Positions 29,149 through 38,701 of a stretch of DNA of 64,000 nucleotides are shown here, piece by piece. The DNA comes from Planctomycetota bacterium (GTDB lineage: Bacteria > Planctomycetota > UBA1135). Numbering within the stretch: position 1 is the stretch's first letter; every line of letters begins with the position of its first letter. The translations under genes were made by a program, and so were the position numbers. The notes under the pieces are model-generated. The model saw only the letters and a program-made list of their open reading frames with translations. It was not told the DNA's origin and did no database searches. The stretch lies in assembly GCA_024229395.1 (NCBI GenBank), contig JAAESM010000085.1:10720-74719 (forward strand), in the 5' to 3' direction.

Positions 29149-29182
29149 CCGGCGACTGGAGACAGTCGCCGGTTTTCATTTT
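29149..29182 (+). terminator. Terminator-like hairpin with a plus-strand U tract
   Basis: CCGGCGACTG-GAGA-CAGTCGCCGG followed by TTTTCATTTT. Confidence 0.6.
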
Positions 29183-29231
29183 TGACGGCGCCAACCATTG
29201 CACCACAGAGCGCCGCCCACCGGGACCCGGC

Positions 29232-29723
29232 CTACAGCTCGAAGCGCCAAACACCGCGTTGACCAGGATTCTCCTCCACGGCCAACATCATCTGGTCAAT
29301 CTGCACTTCAGGGAAATACTCACCCAAGCTCTTGTGCAGCTGCCGCCCTAACCATGCGGCCATATTCTCCACCGACGTATTGTTGATTGGCAGTACGATC
29401 ACGTCTTCCTTCGGCGCGGCGTAATAACGCTCGCGATAACGCACTTCGACCACGCCATCTTCGCGTTCGTTCCAAGTCAACTCTTGATGCTCGCCCGGAA
29501 TCAACCAGTGTTCATCGAGGCCATCGACTAAATCGCGGATCAGCGGTTTGGTCTTTTGAAAATCCAACACCAAGCCGAACTCCGACAGTGGACCACCGAC
29601 CTCGACATAGACGCGGTAGTTATGGCCATGCAGACGCTCGGCACTGCCGTCGGGGAAGATCAGGAAGTGTGCACAGGAATACTTCAGGTACTCCTTGTCG
29701 ATTTGGATTGCCCAGCGCTCCAT
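29232..29723 (-). CDS. queD: 6-carboxytetrahydropterin synthase (QueD/PTPS family)
   Basis: SCAHF, ERLHGHNY, TSVENMA. Confidence 0.82.
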   Translation of the reverse strand: MERWAIQIDKEYLKYSCAHFLIFPDGSAERLHGHNYRVYVEVGGPLSEFGLVLDFQKTKPLIRDLVDGLDEHWLIPGEHQELTWNEREDGVVEVRYRERYYAAPKEDVIVLPINNTSVENMAAWLGRQLHKSLGEYFPEVQIDQMMLAVEENPGQRGVWRFEL

Positions 29724-29725
29724 CT

Positions 29726-30550
29726 TTAGAACTGGATTGCGTCGAGAGAGAAGACCGGACCTTCCTTGCAGGTGCGGGCGAATGGCCAGGCGCCGAGCGG
29801 GCCATCAGGGTTGGTCGGCACTGGACAGGCGTTACACACACCAAAGCCGCAGCCCATATAGGTCTCGAGGCTGAGCCAGGCGCGCAACAAACGTTGGCGC
29901 GCGAAGTCGGCGAAACCATGCAGTAGGCCAGCTGGCCCACAAGCGAGGAAGTGCGCGCTGCTGGAGAGTTCCCCTGCATCCAAGGCGGCACCAAGGGCTT
30001 GGACCACATTGCCATGGAATCCCCTGCTGCCGTCGTCGGTGGCCAAGCGCAGATCGAAATCGAGCGCTTCGAAGGCTTCTGAATCGTAGAGGCGGTCCGC
30101 AGTGCGCGCGCCGAGAATCATATGGGTGGTGGCTGCGGCCTTAGCAGCAATGCGATCCTGCACGTACTTCAAAAAGGGTGCACTGCCAACACCGCCGGCA
30201 ACGATTACAATCTCTTGCTCGGCCGGCGCCACCTCGAAGCCGTTGCCAAGTGGCATGGTGCAGATGACTTCAGCACCAGGCTCCAGCGTGACCAGCTCGC
30301 GAGTGCCATCGCCCAGGACCTGGATCAAGAAGGTGAAGCGGTTGGCTGCGGGGCGGTCGTAGACACTGAAGGGCCGCGCAATCTGCTGCGTGCCTCCCAC
30401 TGCTGGCGACAACATGGCAAATTTGCCCGGTGCCAGATCGTTGGGCATGCCTGGCAGCTCAAGTTCCAGGATGAAGGCATCGGGCCCGACCGCACGACGG
30501 CTGACGAGGGTGGCCCGAAGGCTCGAAGCTGCGGTTTCCGCGACCTGCAT
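29726..30550 (-). CDS. pyrK: Dihydroorotate dehydrogenase electron transfer subunit
   Basis: RPFSV, GGVGSAP, ACGP, MGCGFGVCNAC...C 2Fe-2S motif, EGPVF. Confidence 0.88.
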   Translation of the reverse strand: MQVAETAASSLRATLVSRRAVGPDAFILELELPGMPNDLAPGKFAMLSPAVGGTQQIARPFSVYDRPAANRFTFLIQVLGDGTRELVTLEPGAEVICTMPLGNGFEVAPAEQEIVIVAGGVGSAPFLKYVQDRIAAKAAATTHMILGARTADRLYDSEAFEALDFDLRLATDDGSRGFHGNVVQALGAALDAGELSSSAHFLACGPAGLLHGFADFARQRLLRAWLSLETYMGCGFGVCNACPVPTNPDGPLGAWPFARTCKEGPVFSLDAIQF

Positions 30551-30669
30551 GTGAGAGATTGTACCTTGCCCTCGGCGGTCGGCCGCCTTCGATAGACAGC
30601 GGTGGCACGCTCATGGGCAAAGGGGCACGGCATTTCTCAACCAGGGCTTGAACTGGGTAGAATCTTGCC

Positions 30670-31200
30670 GTGACGACGCCTGCCTCAACCCCCTCTGCTG
30701 CCCTGGGCAGTGCCGCCAACCCGATCTTGGCTGCCGGCGTGGTGTTGTGGCGGGCCAGCGCCGACGGTCCCGAGTTCTTGTTACTGAAGAACCGGCGGCA
30801 CGGTACTTGGAGCTTCGCCAAAGGGCACCTGGAAATGGGCGAATCCCTCTTCACCGGGGCACTACGTGAAGTCGAAGAAGAGACCGGCGTATTGCTGACT
30901 CAAGCCGACCTGGTGGAAGGCTTTGCCGATACTTCGATCTACCAACCAGGTGAAGCTCCCGCCACCAAGGTGGACGCGGCTAAGAACGAACGCACCAAGG
31001 AGCTCGCGGCCTACAAACGTGTGGTCTACTTCCTGGCCGCCAAGCCGATCGATCCAGCTGCGGTGCAACTTTCCGACGAACACGCTGACAGCTGCTGGCT
31101 GGATGAGATGGCCGCCATGGCCCGCCTTGAGCACCAGGACCTCAAGCGCACCGTTGCGCGCGCTGCCCTGCGCCTGGCCCATCTTGCATCGGATTCCTAA
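30670..31200 (+). CDS. NUDIX hydrolase, Ap4A-hydrolase-like
   Basis: WSFAKGHLEMGE...ALREVEEETG Nudix box, KRVVYFLA, LSDEH. Confidence 0.85.
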   Translation: MTTPASTPSAALGSAANPILAAGVVLWRASADGPEFLLLKNRRHGTWSFAKGHLEMGESLFTGALREVEEETGVLLTQADLVEGFADTSIYQPGEAPATKVDAAKNERTKELAAYKRVVYFLAAKPIDPAAVQLSDEHADSCWLDEMAAMARLEHQDLKRTVARAALRLAHLASDS

Positions 31201-31202
31201 TC

Positions 31203-31814
31203 ATGGTGCTGGCCCCCGCCGACGCTGAACGGATTCTGGTCGAACACTCTCCAGAACAGGAAGCTTGGCCGCATCATTGCCGCCAAGTCGCCAAGGTGGC
31301 GCGTTTGATCGGCGAGGCACTGCTTGACCAAGGGCATTCACTCGATGTGGAGTTACTCACTTCACAGGCGTTGCTGCACGACATCGGCCGCGCCAAAACT
31401 CACGGTCCACTGCATGGCTGGACCGGCTTCGTGATGCTGCGCGACTTGGGTTTTCCCAAATCGGGCCGCGGTTGCCTCACCCACTGGCTCAAAGGCCGCG
31501 CAGTCGATGAAGTGCGTGCCGCCAAAGCCTGGAAACCGTCGTTGGCCGACCGCGCATTCAAAGCACTGGAGCCAACCCTGTGGGAACTGGCCGATAGCGT
31601 GCTCAGTTTCGCCGATTCCAGCGTGCAGCACACCACCATCGTGCCGGTCACCCAGCGTCATCAAGACCTGCTCGACCGCTACGGAGACTCCTCCTGGTTG
31701 CGTCGCGCAGCCGAGCTCGGCGAAGACCACGGCGCGGAAATCACCGCTGCATTAGGATTCCCTGTTGAACACTTGCTGACCCCCTTGTTTGGGGATTCTG
31801 TAGATGGCCACTAA
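31203..31814 (+). CDS. HD-domain phosphohydrolase
   Basis: HCRQVA, LLHDIGR, H...H, FADS. Confidence 0.8.
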   Translation: MVLAPADAERILVEHSPEQEAWPHHCRQVAKVARLIGEALLDQGHSLDVELLTSQALLHDIGRAKTHGPLHGWTGFVMLRDLGFPKSGRGCLTHWLKGRAVDEVRAAKAWKPSLADRAFKALEPTLWELADSVLSFADSSVQHTTIVPVTQRHQDLLDRYGDSSWLRRAAELGEDHGAEITAALGFPVEHLLTPLFGDSVDGH

Positions 31815-33522
31815 CTCCGCACCCACGCAGCCCAATGGGCTCGATTTCTTCGCCGCCGACATCCGCGCGGCGCTTGCTGCAGCCCTGGACCTACCTGCCA
31901 GCGACTTCCAACTGGAACGTCCGCGCAATGAGGCCCACGGCGAGTTCGCCTTTCCTTGCTTCCGCTACGCTAAAGGCGCTGGCTGCAACCCACCAGAGCT
32001 AGCTGCGAAACTTGTCGATCAACTGCAGATCAAGGATGTGACCGCAAGTTCGGTCGGTCCATTCCTGAACTTCCAGGTCGAGCCGAAGCGTTTGGCCACC
32101 GTGGTGATGGAATCCGCACTGATGCCGGCATATGCCAGCGACCAGCAAGGCCTGACCAGCATCGTCGAGTTCTCGTCGCCGAACATCGCCAAGCCGATGC
32201 ACGTCGGCCACATGCGTACCACCGTGATCGGCGCAGCGCTGGCACGGATCTTCGTGCATCTTGGCCATGAAGTCGTGCGCATCAATCACATCGGTGACTG
32301 GGGTTCGCAGTTCGGCAAGTTGGTTGCAGCGTGGAAACGTTGGGGTGATGAAGATCGCCTGCAGGCTGATCCGATCGCTGAGTTGCTGCAGCTTTATGTG
32401 CGCTACCACGAGGAAGAAAAGGAAGATGAGTCTTTGCCTGCCGACGCCAAGGCAGCCTTCCAGGAGTTGGAGTCCGGCGAGGAGAACCAGACGCGCGAAA
32501 CCTGGAAGCACTTCACCGAGTTGTCACTGCGTGAATTCAACCATGTCTACGAACGCTTCGGCATCGAGTTCGATTTCGTGCGCGGCGAGTCCTGGTACGA
32601 AGACAAGCTCGAGCCACTCAGCGACTGGCTGGATAGCTGCGGCGTAACCGAAGAATCGGATGGCGCCACCATTGTCGACTTGACTAGCGAAGGCATTAAG
32701 ACCCCTTGCTTGGTCAAGACGGCGCACGGCACAACTCTGTATGCAACGCGCGATTTGGCGGCAGCGAAATCACGTTGGGAGGAGTTCAACTTCGATCAAC
32801 TGCTGTACGTGGTCGGGGCAGAACAGACCTTGCACTTCCAGCAGTTCAAGGCTGTCTTGAAGCGTTGCGGTGCCGAGTGGCAGCAGCGCATGGAGCATGT
32901 TCCCTTCGGTTTGATTCGCTTGGCGGAAGGCAAGCTCTCGACCCGCGCTGGTCGCGTGATCGGTCTGGCCGATGTACTGGATCGCGCCGTTGAGTTGGCG
33001 CGCGCTGCGGTAGAGGAAAAGAATCCGGAGCTCGAAGGCAAAGCCGAGGTGGCTGAGAAGGTCGGTGTTGGCGCAGTGGTCTTCCACGACCTGAAGCATC
33101 AGCGTCAGAAGGATGTGGTGTTTGATTGGAAAGAGGTGCTGTCCTTCGAGGGCGACACCGGCCCCTATCTGCAGTACACCCATGCACGTTGCTGCTCGAT
33201 CCTGCGCAAGGCCGAGCGCCCGGTTGTGTCGGTTGCGGATATCGATCCCGCACTATTCGAAGGCGGCCACGAGCTGTTCGTCGCCATCGGCCGCTTGCCG
33301 CAAGCACTGCGTGAGGCCGGTCAGAAGCGCGAGCCGATGCTGCTGGCGCATGCCCTGCTGAAAATCGCTTCAGCTGGTAATGTTTATTATCGCGAGAATC
33401 GCGTGCTCGGCACCGGCGACCCGGCGCTCGAGGATGCACGATTGGCCGTGATCGAGGCTTTGCGCAGTACACTCGCATTAGGCCTGGAACTTCTTGGTGT
33501 ACCTGTCCCGGAGCAGATGTGA
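31804..33522 (+). CDS. argS: Arginine--tRNA ligase
   Basis: EFSSPNIAKPMHVGH, GDWGSQFG, KLSTRAG, GPYLQYTHAR, PEQM terminus. Confidence 0.97.
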   Translation: MATNSAPTQPNGLDFFAADIRAALAAALDLPASDFQLERPRNEAHGEFAFPCFRYAKGAGCNPPELAAKLVDQLQIKDVTASSVGPFLNFQVEPKRLATVVMESALMPAYASDQQGLTSIVEFSSPNIAKPMHVGHMRTTVIGAALARIFVHLGHEVVRINHIGDWGSQFGKLVAAWKRWGDEDRLQADPIAELLQLYVRYHEEEKEDESLPADAKAAFQELESGEENQTRETWKHFTELSLREFNHVYERFGIEFDFVRGESWYEDKLEPLSDWLDSCGVTEESDGATIVDLTSEGIKTPCLVKTAHGTTLYATRDLAAAKSRWEEFNFDQLLYVVGAEQTLHFQQFKAVLKRCGAEWQQRMEHVPFGLIRLAEGKLSTRAGRVIGLADVLDRAVELARAAVEEKNPELEGKAEVAEKVGVGAVVFHDLKHQRQKDVVFDWKEVLSFEGDTGPYLQYTHARCCSILRKAERPVVSVADIDPALFEGGHELFVAIGRLPQALREAGQKREPMLLAHALLKIASAGNVYYRENRVLGTGDPALEDARLAVIEALRSTLALGLELLGVPVPEQM

Positions 33523-34061
33523 ACACTCCTTGCCAAACCCGACTCGACTACAGCCAATACCTGCGCGATGTGCCTGACTTCCCCAAGCCGGGAATCCTCT
33601 ACAAGGACATCACGCCGCTGCTGCAGGATCCGAAAGTCTTCTGCGCTTCGATTGAAGACCTTTGCGACATGGCCGCCAGTTCTGGAGCTACCCAAATCGC
33701 CGGCATCGAGTCGCGCGGCTTCCTGTTCGGCGCCGCCATGGCCGCACGCATGGAGCTGGGTTTCCTGACCATCCGCAAGCCGGGCAAGCTGCCCTGGCAG
33801 ACCTTCTCGGAGTCCTACGACCTCGAATACGGCCAGGACACCCTTGAGATTCACACCGACGCCTCCGGTGCAGGCCAGCGCGTGTTGTTGATTGACGATC
33901 TCCTGGCCACCGGTGGAACCGCCGCTGCGTCGGTCAAGCTGCTGCGCCGCACTGGTGCCGAGGTCGTCGGCTGCGCTTTCGTGGTCGAGCTGGCCTTCCT
34001 GGGCGGTCGCGAGAAGCTGCATGGCTTGGAAGTCGGCAGTCTCGCGTCCTTCGCGGGCTGA
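33519..34061 (+). CDS. apt: Adenine phosphoribosyltransferase
   Basis: PDFPKPGILYKDIT, GIESRGF, RKPGKLP, LIDDLLATGGT. Confidence 0.97.
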   Translation: MNTPCQTRLDYSQYLRDVPDFPKPGILYKDITPLLQDPKVFCASIEDLCDMAASSGATQIAGIESRGFLFGAAMAARMELGFLTIRKPGKLPWQTFSESYDLEYGQDTLEIHTDASGAGQRVLLIDDLLATGGTAAASVKLLRRTGAEVVGCAFVVELAFLGGREKLHGLEVGSLASFAG

Positions 34062-34091
34062 AAGACAGGACAGGTTGTCTAGAATCTAGGA

Positions 34092-34522
34092 ATGGCTGAT
34101 CAGCTTATTCCTACCGATGATCTATGGGATCTCAACAAGAAGGATGGCGATCCCAAGGTGAAGGAGGAGCTGGTCCGACGCCACCAGCGGCTTGTCCGCT
34201 ATCTAGCTGACCATATGGCCCAGAAGCTGCAGGGTCCCGTGGATGTCGAAGCCATGGTTGAAGCAGGCATCTTCGGCATGATGGACGCAATTGAGGAGTT
34301 CGACCCAGAGCGTGGCATCAAGTTCAAGACCTACTGCAGCACCCGCGTGCGCGGCGCGATGCTGAATTACCTGCGCCAGTTAGACCGGAGGACTCGCCGT
34401 CCGATGGACCCAGACTAGGCTGAAGCATTTGTTCGGGAGGCGTGGGCCGAAAAGTACGACGGGGACCCGATGAAGAGGTGATCGCCATGTTCCTGAGACT
34501 GATCGAGAGGGACCTGGACTGA
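34092..34522 (+). pseudogene. Truncated/decayed duplicate of the FliA/WhiG sigma factor (region 2 intact as a 108-aa ORF, 34092-34418)
   Basis: Near-identical region 2 to 34588-35370; after the TAG a region-3-like remnant continues with a 1-nt frameshift; no region 4. Confidence 0.7.
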
Positions 34523-34587
34523 AGCCGTCGAAAGTCTCGCGTCATTCGCGGGCTGAAAGCTGGCCGCGGTGGCACTAGAATCCTTGG

Positions 34588-35370
34588 ATGGCTTCTGAAC
34601 CATCCCCGCCCGACGCTGATGAACCCGTCCCTACCGAGGAACTGTGGCGCATCTACAAGAAGAATGGCGATAAGGAAGTGCGCCAGGAGTTGGTGCGTCG
34701 CCACCAGCAGCTCGTGCGTTACTTGGCCGAGCATATGGTGCAGAAACTGCCACGTTCGGTAGACGTGGAGGACCTGGTTCAGGAAGGCATCTTCGGCTTG
34801 ATGGACGCGATTGAGAAGTTCGATCCCGAGCGTGGCATCAAGTTCAAGACCTACTGCAGTACCCGCGTGCGTGGCGCGATCCTGGATTCGCTGCGTCATC
34901 AAGATTGGGTGCCGCGTTTGGCTCGTCAGCGCGCCAACAAGGTCGCGAAGATGAAGGAAGAGTGGCAGTACAAGTTCAACCGCGAACCTACGGATGATGA
35001 GATCGCCGAGTACCTGGAGATCCCAGAAAAGGATCTGGCCAAGACTCGTCCGCATGCCATGCACAACCTCAGTGACCGGCGCGTGTCGCCGAGCGCCGAG
35101 ATCGAAAACCAGATCGATACGCTTGGCGAATCCAGTGAGGAAAACCCGCTGGACTTCACCCACCGCACCGATTTGATCGAAGTGCTTACGTCGTCGTTGA
35201 GCGAGAAGGAACGGCACATCCTGCAGATGTACTACCTTGAAGGTCTCACCCTGCGTGAGATCGGCGCGGTGCTGTCGATCACGGAATCGCGCGTCTGCCA
35301 GATCCACTCCAACGTCATCAAGCGTTTGCGTCAACGCTTGGACAAGGACTCTGCTCAGTTCAAGATCTAG
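34588..35370 (+). CDS. fliA: FliA/WhiG-family RNA polymerase sigma factor (sigma28)
   Basis: DLVQEGIFGLMDAIEKFDPERGIKFKTY, RGAILDSLRHQDWVPR, TLREIGAVLSITESRVCQIH. Confidence 0.92.
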   Translation: MASEPSPPDADEPVPTEELWRIYKKNGDKEVRQELVRRHQQLVRYLAEHMVQKLPRSVDVEDLVQEGIFGLMDAIEKFDPERGIKFKTYCSTRVRGAILDSLRHQDWVPRLARQRANKVAKMKEEWQYKFNREPTDDEIAEYLEIPEKDLAKTRPHAMHNLSDRRVSPSAEIENQIDTLGESSEENPLDFTHRTDLIEVLTSSLSEKERHILQMYYLEGLTLREIGAVLSITESRVCQIHSNVIKRLRQRLDKDSAQFKI

Positions 35371-35372
35371 TC

Positions 35373-36197
35373 TTGGCCATCATCGACCGCCAACGTCTGC
35401 TGCGCCGCTTACCGGCATCGCGACGCTTGGCCTTGGAGGTGGACTACCTCGATCAGTGCGCGAGCACCAATGATCTCGCACGCCAACGCTTGAGCGATGG
35501 GCAGTCGATGGATGGCGTGCTGCTTTTGGCGCATGAACAAAGCGGCGGCCGCGGACGTTCGGCGCGGGATTGGTGGTCCGGGCCTGCGGGTTCCAACTTC
35601 GCATTCACCTTAGGATTGCGCGAACCCGACTTGCCGCCAGAAGTCTTCGGCTTGTTGGGTGCCGTGGCGTTGGCTGATAGTTGCGCACATGTACTTGGCA
35701 ATGCCTCCACGCGCGTCGCCTTGAAATGGCCTAATGACCTGCTGATTGATGGCGCCAAAGCCAGTGGCTTCCTTTGTGAGTTGCCCGCGGATGGTGAGCA
35801 GACCATGCTTCTGGGACTCGGTGTGAACTTTCACCTTGCCCCACCTGCGAAGGTTGCGGATTACCCCATGACTTCCCTAGCGGCTGCAGCCGGTGGCGGT
35901 GGCAGCGCAGAGGTCTCGCTCGACGGCACCGATTTCATGAGCTCGTGGCTGTGGAACTTGGAGCAAGGATTGCGTCGCTATCTGCTTGCCGGACCAGAGA
36001 CTTTCGAAGCTAGCTTCTTGCAGCTCTTACGCAACTGGGCACCGTTTGGCGTACGCGAGACGCGCGGCGGCGTCGAAGGCCCACTGCAGGATTTCTCCGT
36101 GGCGCGCGGTTTGAGCTGGGGTGATTGGAATGCCCCCACCATCAAGCCGATGGGTTGGATCAGCAGCTTGGAGGCCCTGCCTCAGCCCGCGACCTAG
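35373..36197 (+). CDS. birA: Biotin--[acetyl-CoA carboxylase] ligase
   Basis: STND, EQSGGRGR, LKWPND, GLGVN. Confidence 0.88.
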   Translation: MAIIDRQRLLRRLPASRRLALEVDYLDQCASTNDLARQRLSDGQSMDGVLLLAHEQSGGRGRSARDWWSGPAGSNFAFTLGLREPDLPPEVFGLLGAVALADSCAHVLGNASTRVALKWPNDLLIDGAKASGFLCELPADGEQTMLLGLGVNFHLAPPAKVADYPMTSLAAAAGGGGSAEVSLDGTDFMSSWLWNLEQGLRRYLLAGPETFEASFLQLLRNWAPFGVRETRGGVEGPLQDFSVARGLSWGDWNAPTIKPMGWISSLEALPQPAT

Positions 36198-37254
36198 CCG
36201 CGGCGGGATCGGAAAAGACCCGCGCCTTGAAAGCCAGGTCAAGGATTTGAGCGTAGTGATCCGCGCTGCGTTGCAGATGAGTTTGTTGCGGTAGCCAAGG
36301 GTTCTGCTGCCGCTCATCCAACCAAGAAAGGTAGGCCAAGCCGGCCTTGTAGTGGCGCGTTGGGTGCTCGAAGATCACGCGCGAAAGTTCTTCGCAAGGC
36401 AACATCAACTGCATGTAATCGTCTACCTGGCCATGGGCGAGCAAGCGCAAGGCGATGCCAGCCGGACGTGCGATGGCGTCGAAGATGCCGAGTAAGGCGT
36501 GGCTGAACTCGCCGCGCTTTTCGGTCACACCGGGAGTGGCACCATTGCCAGCGATCAAGGCAGCGAAGTTGAAGTCGTCGCCGGTGTAGACATGCTGACC
36601 ATGCGGCGCGAGGGCGGTGCAGATGGATTTCTCGCGTTCGGCATCGAGCAGCGAGAGTTTGATGCCGATGATCCGCTCATGATCCAGACCCATGATGCGC
36701 TCGAAGCTGTCCTCAGGAAAGTAGGCATCCAATCCGGGCAGGAACATCGGGCCAAGCCAATGCAGCAACACGGGGCCGGAGCTTTGGTCGAGGATGTCGC
36801 GATAGACGGAGACATACTCATCGGCGCTGGCGCCGACGTGAGCAAGTTGGGGCATCGGCAGGATGACCGGCAGGCCACCGCATTCACGCACGAAATCCAC
36901 TTGCCATGCAACGGCGGTTGCGAGTTCCCCGAGACTTTCGACTGGCGCCACGTGATCGGCGGAAACGCCTGCTGCAAATCCATGCGTCAACCCCAAGCGC
37001 GCGGTGCGTTCAATCAAGGTGCGTGCCACATCCCAACCAAGTTCGAAACGTTGCGCGGTATCCATGGCTTCTGCAATGCCGAAACCTTGTTGATCAAGGA
37101 AGACCCGCTGTTGGTCGGTAGCTTCCAGGTCTAGCTGCGTGCCGGCTTCATCGTGGACCACGATATGCGCGGCGGCGTACGCGATGCGCGAACTTGGAAC
37201 CTTTGCGGCGGCGTCGAGTTGCGCTAACTTGCTTTGGAAGTGGTCAAGGTTCAT
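36160..37254 (-). CDS. DUF993 family (DHDPS-like TIM barrel) protein
   Basis: RIAYAAAH, AEAMDTAQR, LHWLGPMF, GIKLSLLD, YTGDDFN, SHALLGIFDAI. Confidence 0.85.
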   Translation of the reverse strand: MNLDHFQSKLAQLDAAAKVPSSRIAYAAAHIVVHDEAGTQLDLEATDQQRVFLDQQGFGIAEAMDTAQRFELGWDVARTLIERTARLGLTHGFAAGVSADHVAPVESLGELATAVAWQVDFVRECGGLPVILPMPQLAHVGASADEYVSVYRDILDQSSGPVLLHWLGPMFLPGLDAYFPEDSFERIMGLDHERIIGIKLSLLDAEREKSICTALAPHGQHVYTGDDFNFAALIAGNGATPGVTEKRGEFSHALLGIFDAIARPAGIALRLLAHGQVDDYMQLMLPCEELSRVIFEHPTRHYKAGLAYLSWLDERQQNPWLPQQTHLQRSADHYAQILDLAFKARVFSDPAAARSRAEAGPPSC

Positions 37255-37298
37255 ACGAACAGTTCTAGGAGTCGGAACGGTGCAAGCTCCATGGCGGC

Positions 37299-38699
37299 CT
37301 AGCCGAACAGGCGGCTGATGAAGTCTGGGCCTTTGGTCACGGCATACCAAATCAGGAATACGGTCAAGGTCAAGGTGGCGAGCACCATGCCCCCCAGCCA
37401 AGCAGTTCCCCTGCCGCCCTTTGGCATATCATCACCCAGGTAATCACGATTGCGCTGCAGCTTGATGAATCCGATGTAAGCCAACGGCAACATGAAACCG
37501 CACAACAAGGTTGTTGGCACGGCAACCCACAGGGCGACGTCGGTCCAAAGGACTGCGCCAAGCACGCCGGGTGCGGGCAGCAGACAAGCCAGGCGGTACT
37601 TCGGAGATCCGAACTTCCAACCCAACACTTCGGTGGCCACGAATCCACAGCAGACCATCTGCAGGATGATCGACGAGACCGCCATGCCCAGGATGCCAAG
37701 GTTGAATATCCAACGGCCAAGGCCTTCACCGACGACCGATGCTAAGGCTTGCGCGGCTTCGACTGGGCTCAAGCGTGTGCCGCTGAATTCCAAGTCACCG
37801 TAATAGAAGGCATTCGCAGTGGCTATTACCATCAACGAAGTCGCCAACATATATGGCACGAACATGCCGGCCAGCAGGTCGAAATGCGCAAGACGTCGGT
37901 GGTCGCGCCCCCATCCGCGTGCGAGCAGGGAATAAGGATAAAGGAACAACATGTTCGCCCCGACCGCTGCCGCCAAACCGCCAACCACCACCGTGGATGC
38001 TTGCACACCGCTATCGCTTTCGGGAAACTGGAATGGGATGTAGCCTTTGAACAACGCGACCGGATCCTTGATGCCAGTCTTCAACACGACTAGGCCGAAA
38101 CAAGCCACGATGCCCCAGACCAGGATCTTCAAGGAGGTCTCGAAGTAACGCAAGGCGCGCGAGGATTTGCCATAAGCGAAGGCCCACACGATGGCGATCG
38201 CTAGGACCATGGCACCACCCAAACCGCGCGAGATCTCCATGCCAGCGGCTTCACCCATATCGGAAATAACCGCCGCCCCAAGGCTGTATTGGGCAAAATG
38301 CCAGATGATCGAAGAGATCACCGCGCCGCCAGCAAAGCCCCAAGCGAAGACTGGGCCAGCGTAACGGCGCATGGCTTCGAAAGGTCGCAAGCCAGTCGAC
38401 AAGGTCTGGTGCGCGACCGCACTCATCATGATTACGCCGAGCACCATCGAGACCGGTGCCACCCATAACAAGCCATAACCGAAGGCCGCACCAGCGAACA
38501 ACATGGTCGCTGCCGTGCCGCCGCCGAGAGTCAATGCACTCTGCAGATAACCCGGGCCGCCTTTCCGCAAGAATGCGAAAGCGCGTTTGATACCGGAACT
38601 GTTCTCCTGCTCGCGCAACCACTCAACTTCGGCGGCGAGTTCTTCAGGAGAAGGTGCGCTGGCCGACGGCAGGCCTTCGATTGGTTTGCGATCGCTCAT
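37299..38699 (-). CDS. NRAMP-like (divalent metal cation transporter family) membrane transporter
   Basis: About 11 TM segments; GPGYLQSALTLGGG, FGYGLLW, AAVGANMLFLYPY. Confidence 0.78.
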   Translation of the reverse strand: MSDRKPIEGLPSASAPSPEELAAEVEWLREQENSSGIKRAFAFLRKGGPGYLQSALTLGGGTAATMLFAGAAFGYGLLWVAPVSMVLGVIMMSAVAHQTLSTGLRPFEAMRRYAGPVFAWGFAGGAVISSIIWHFAQYSLGAAVISDMGEAAGMEISRGLGGAMVLAIAIVWAFAYGKSSRALRYFETSLKILVWGIVACFGLVVLKTGIKDPVALFKGYIPFQFPESDSGVQASTVVVGGLAAAVGANMLFLYPYSLLARGWGRDHRRLAHFDLLAGMFVPYMLATSLMVIATANAFYYGDLEFSGTRLSPVEAAQALASVVGEGLGRWIFNLGILGMAVSSIILQMVCCGFVATEVLGWKFGSPKYRLACLLPAPGVLGAVLWTDVALWVAVPTTLLCGFMLPLAYIGFIKLQRNRDYLGDDMPKGGRGTAWLGGMVLATLTLTVFLIWYAVTKGPDFISRLFG

Positions 38700-38701
38700 G
38701 A

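Noticed and set aside
34416-34418. TAG readthrough or pyrrolysine in the sigma duplicate (also the dyp TAG at 55429)
   Set aside because: Both genes carry further lesions (frameshift, truncation), so nonsense mutation is the simpler explanation.
34324-35334. 336-aa minus-strand ORF
   Set aside because: Antisense to the sigma factor gene.
36160-36197. 38-bp 3' overlap of birA and the DUF993 gene
   Set aside because: Short convergent overlaps are common in compact GC-rich genomes.
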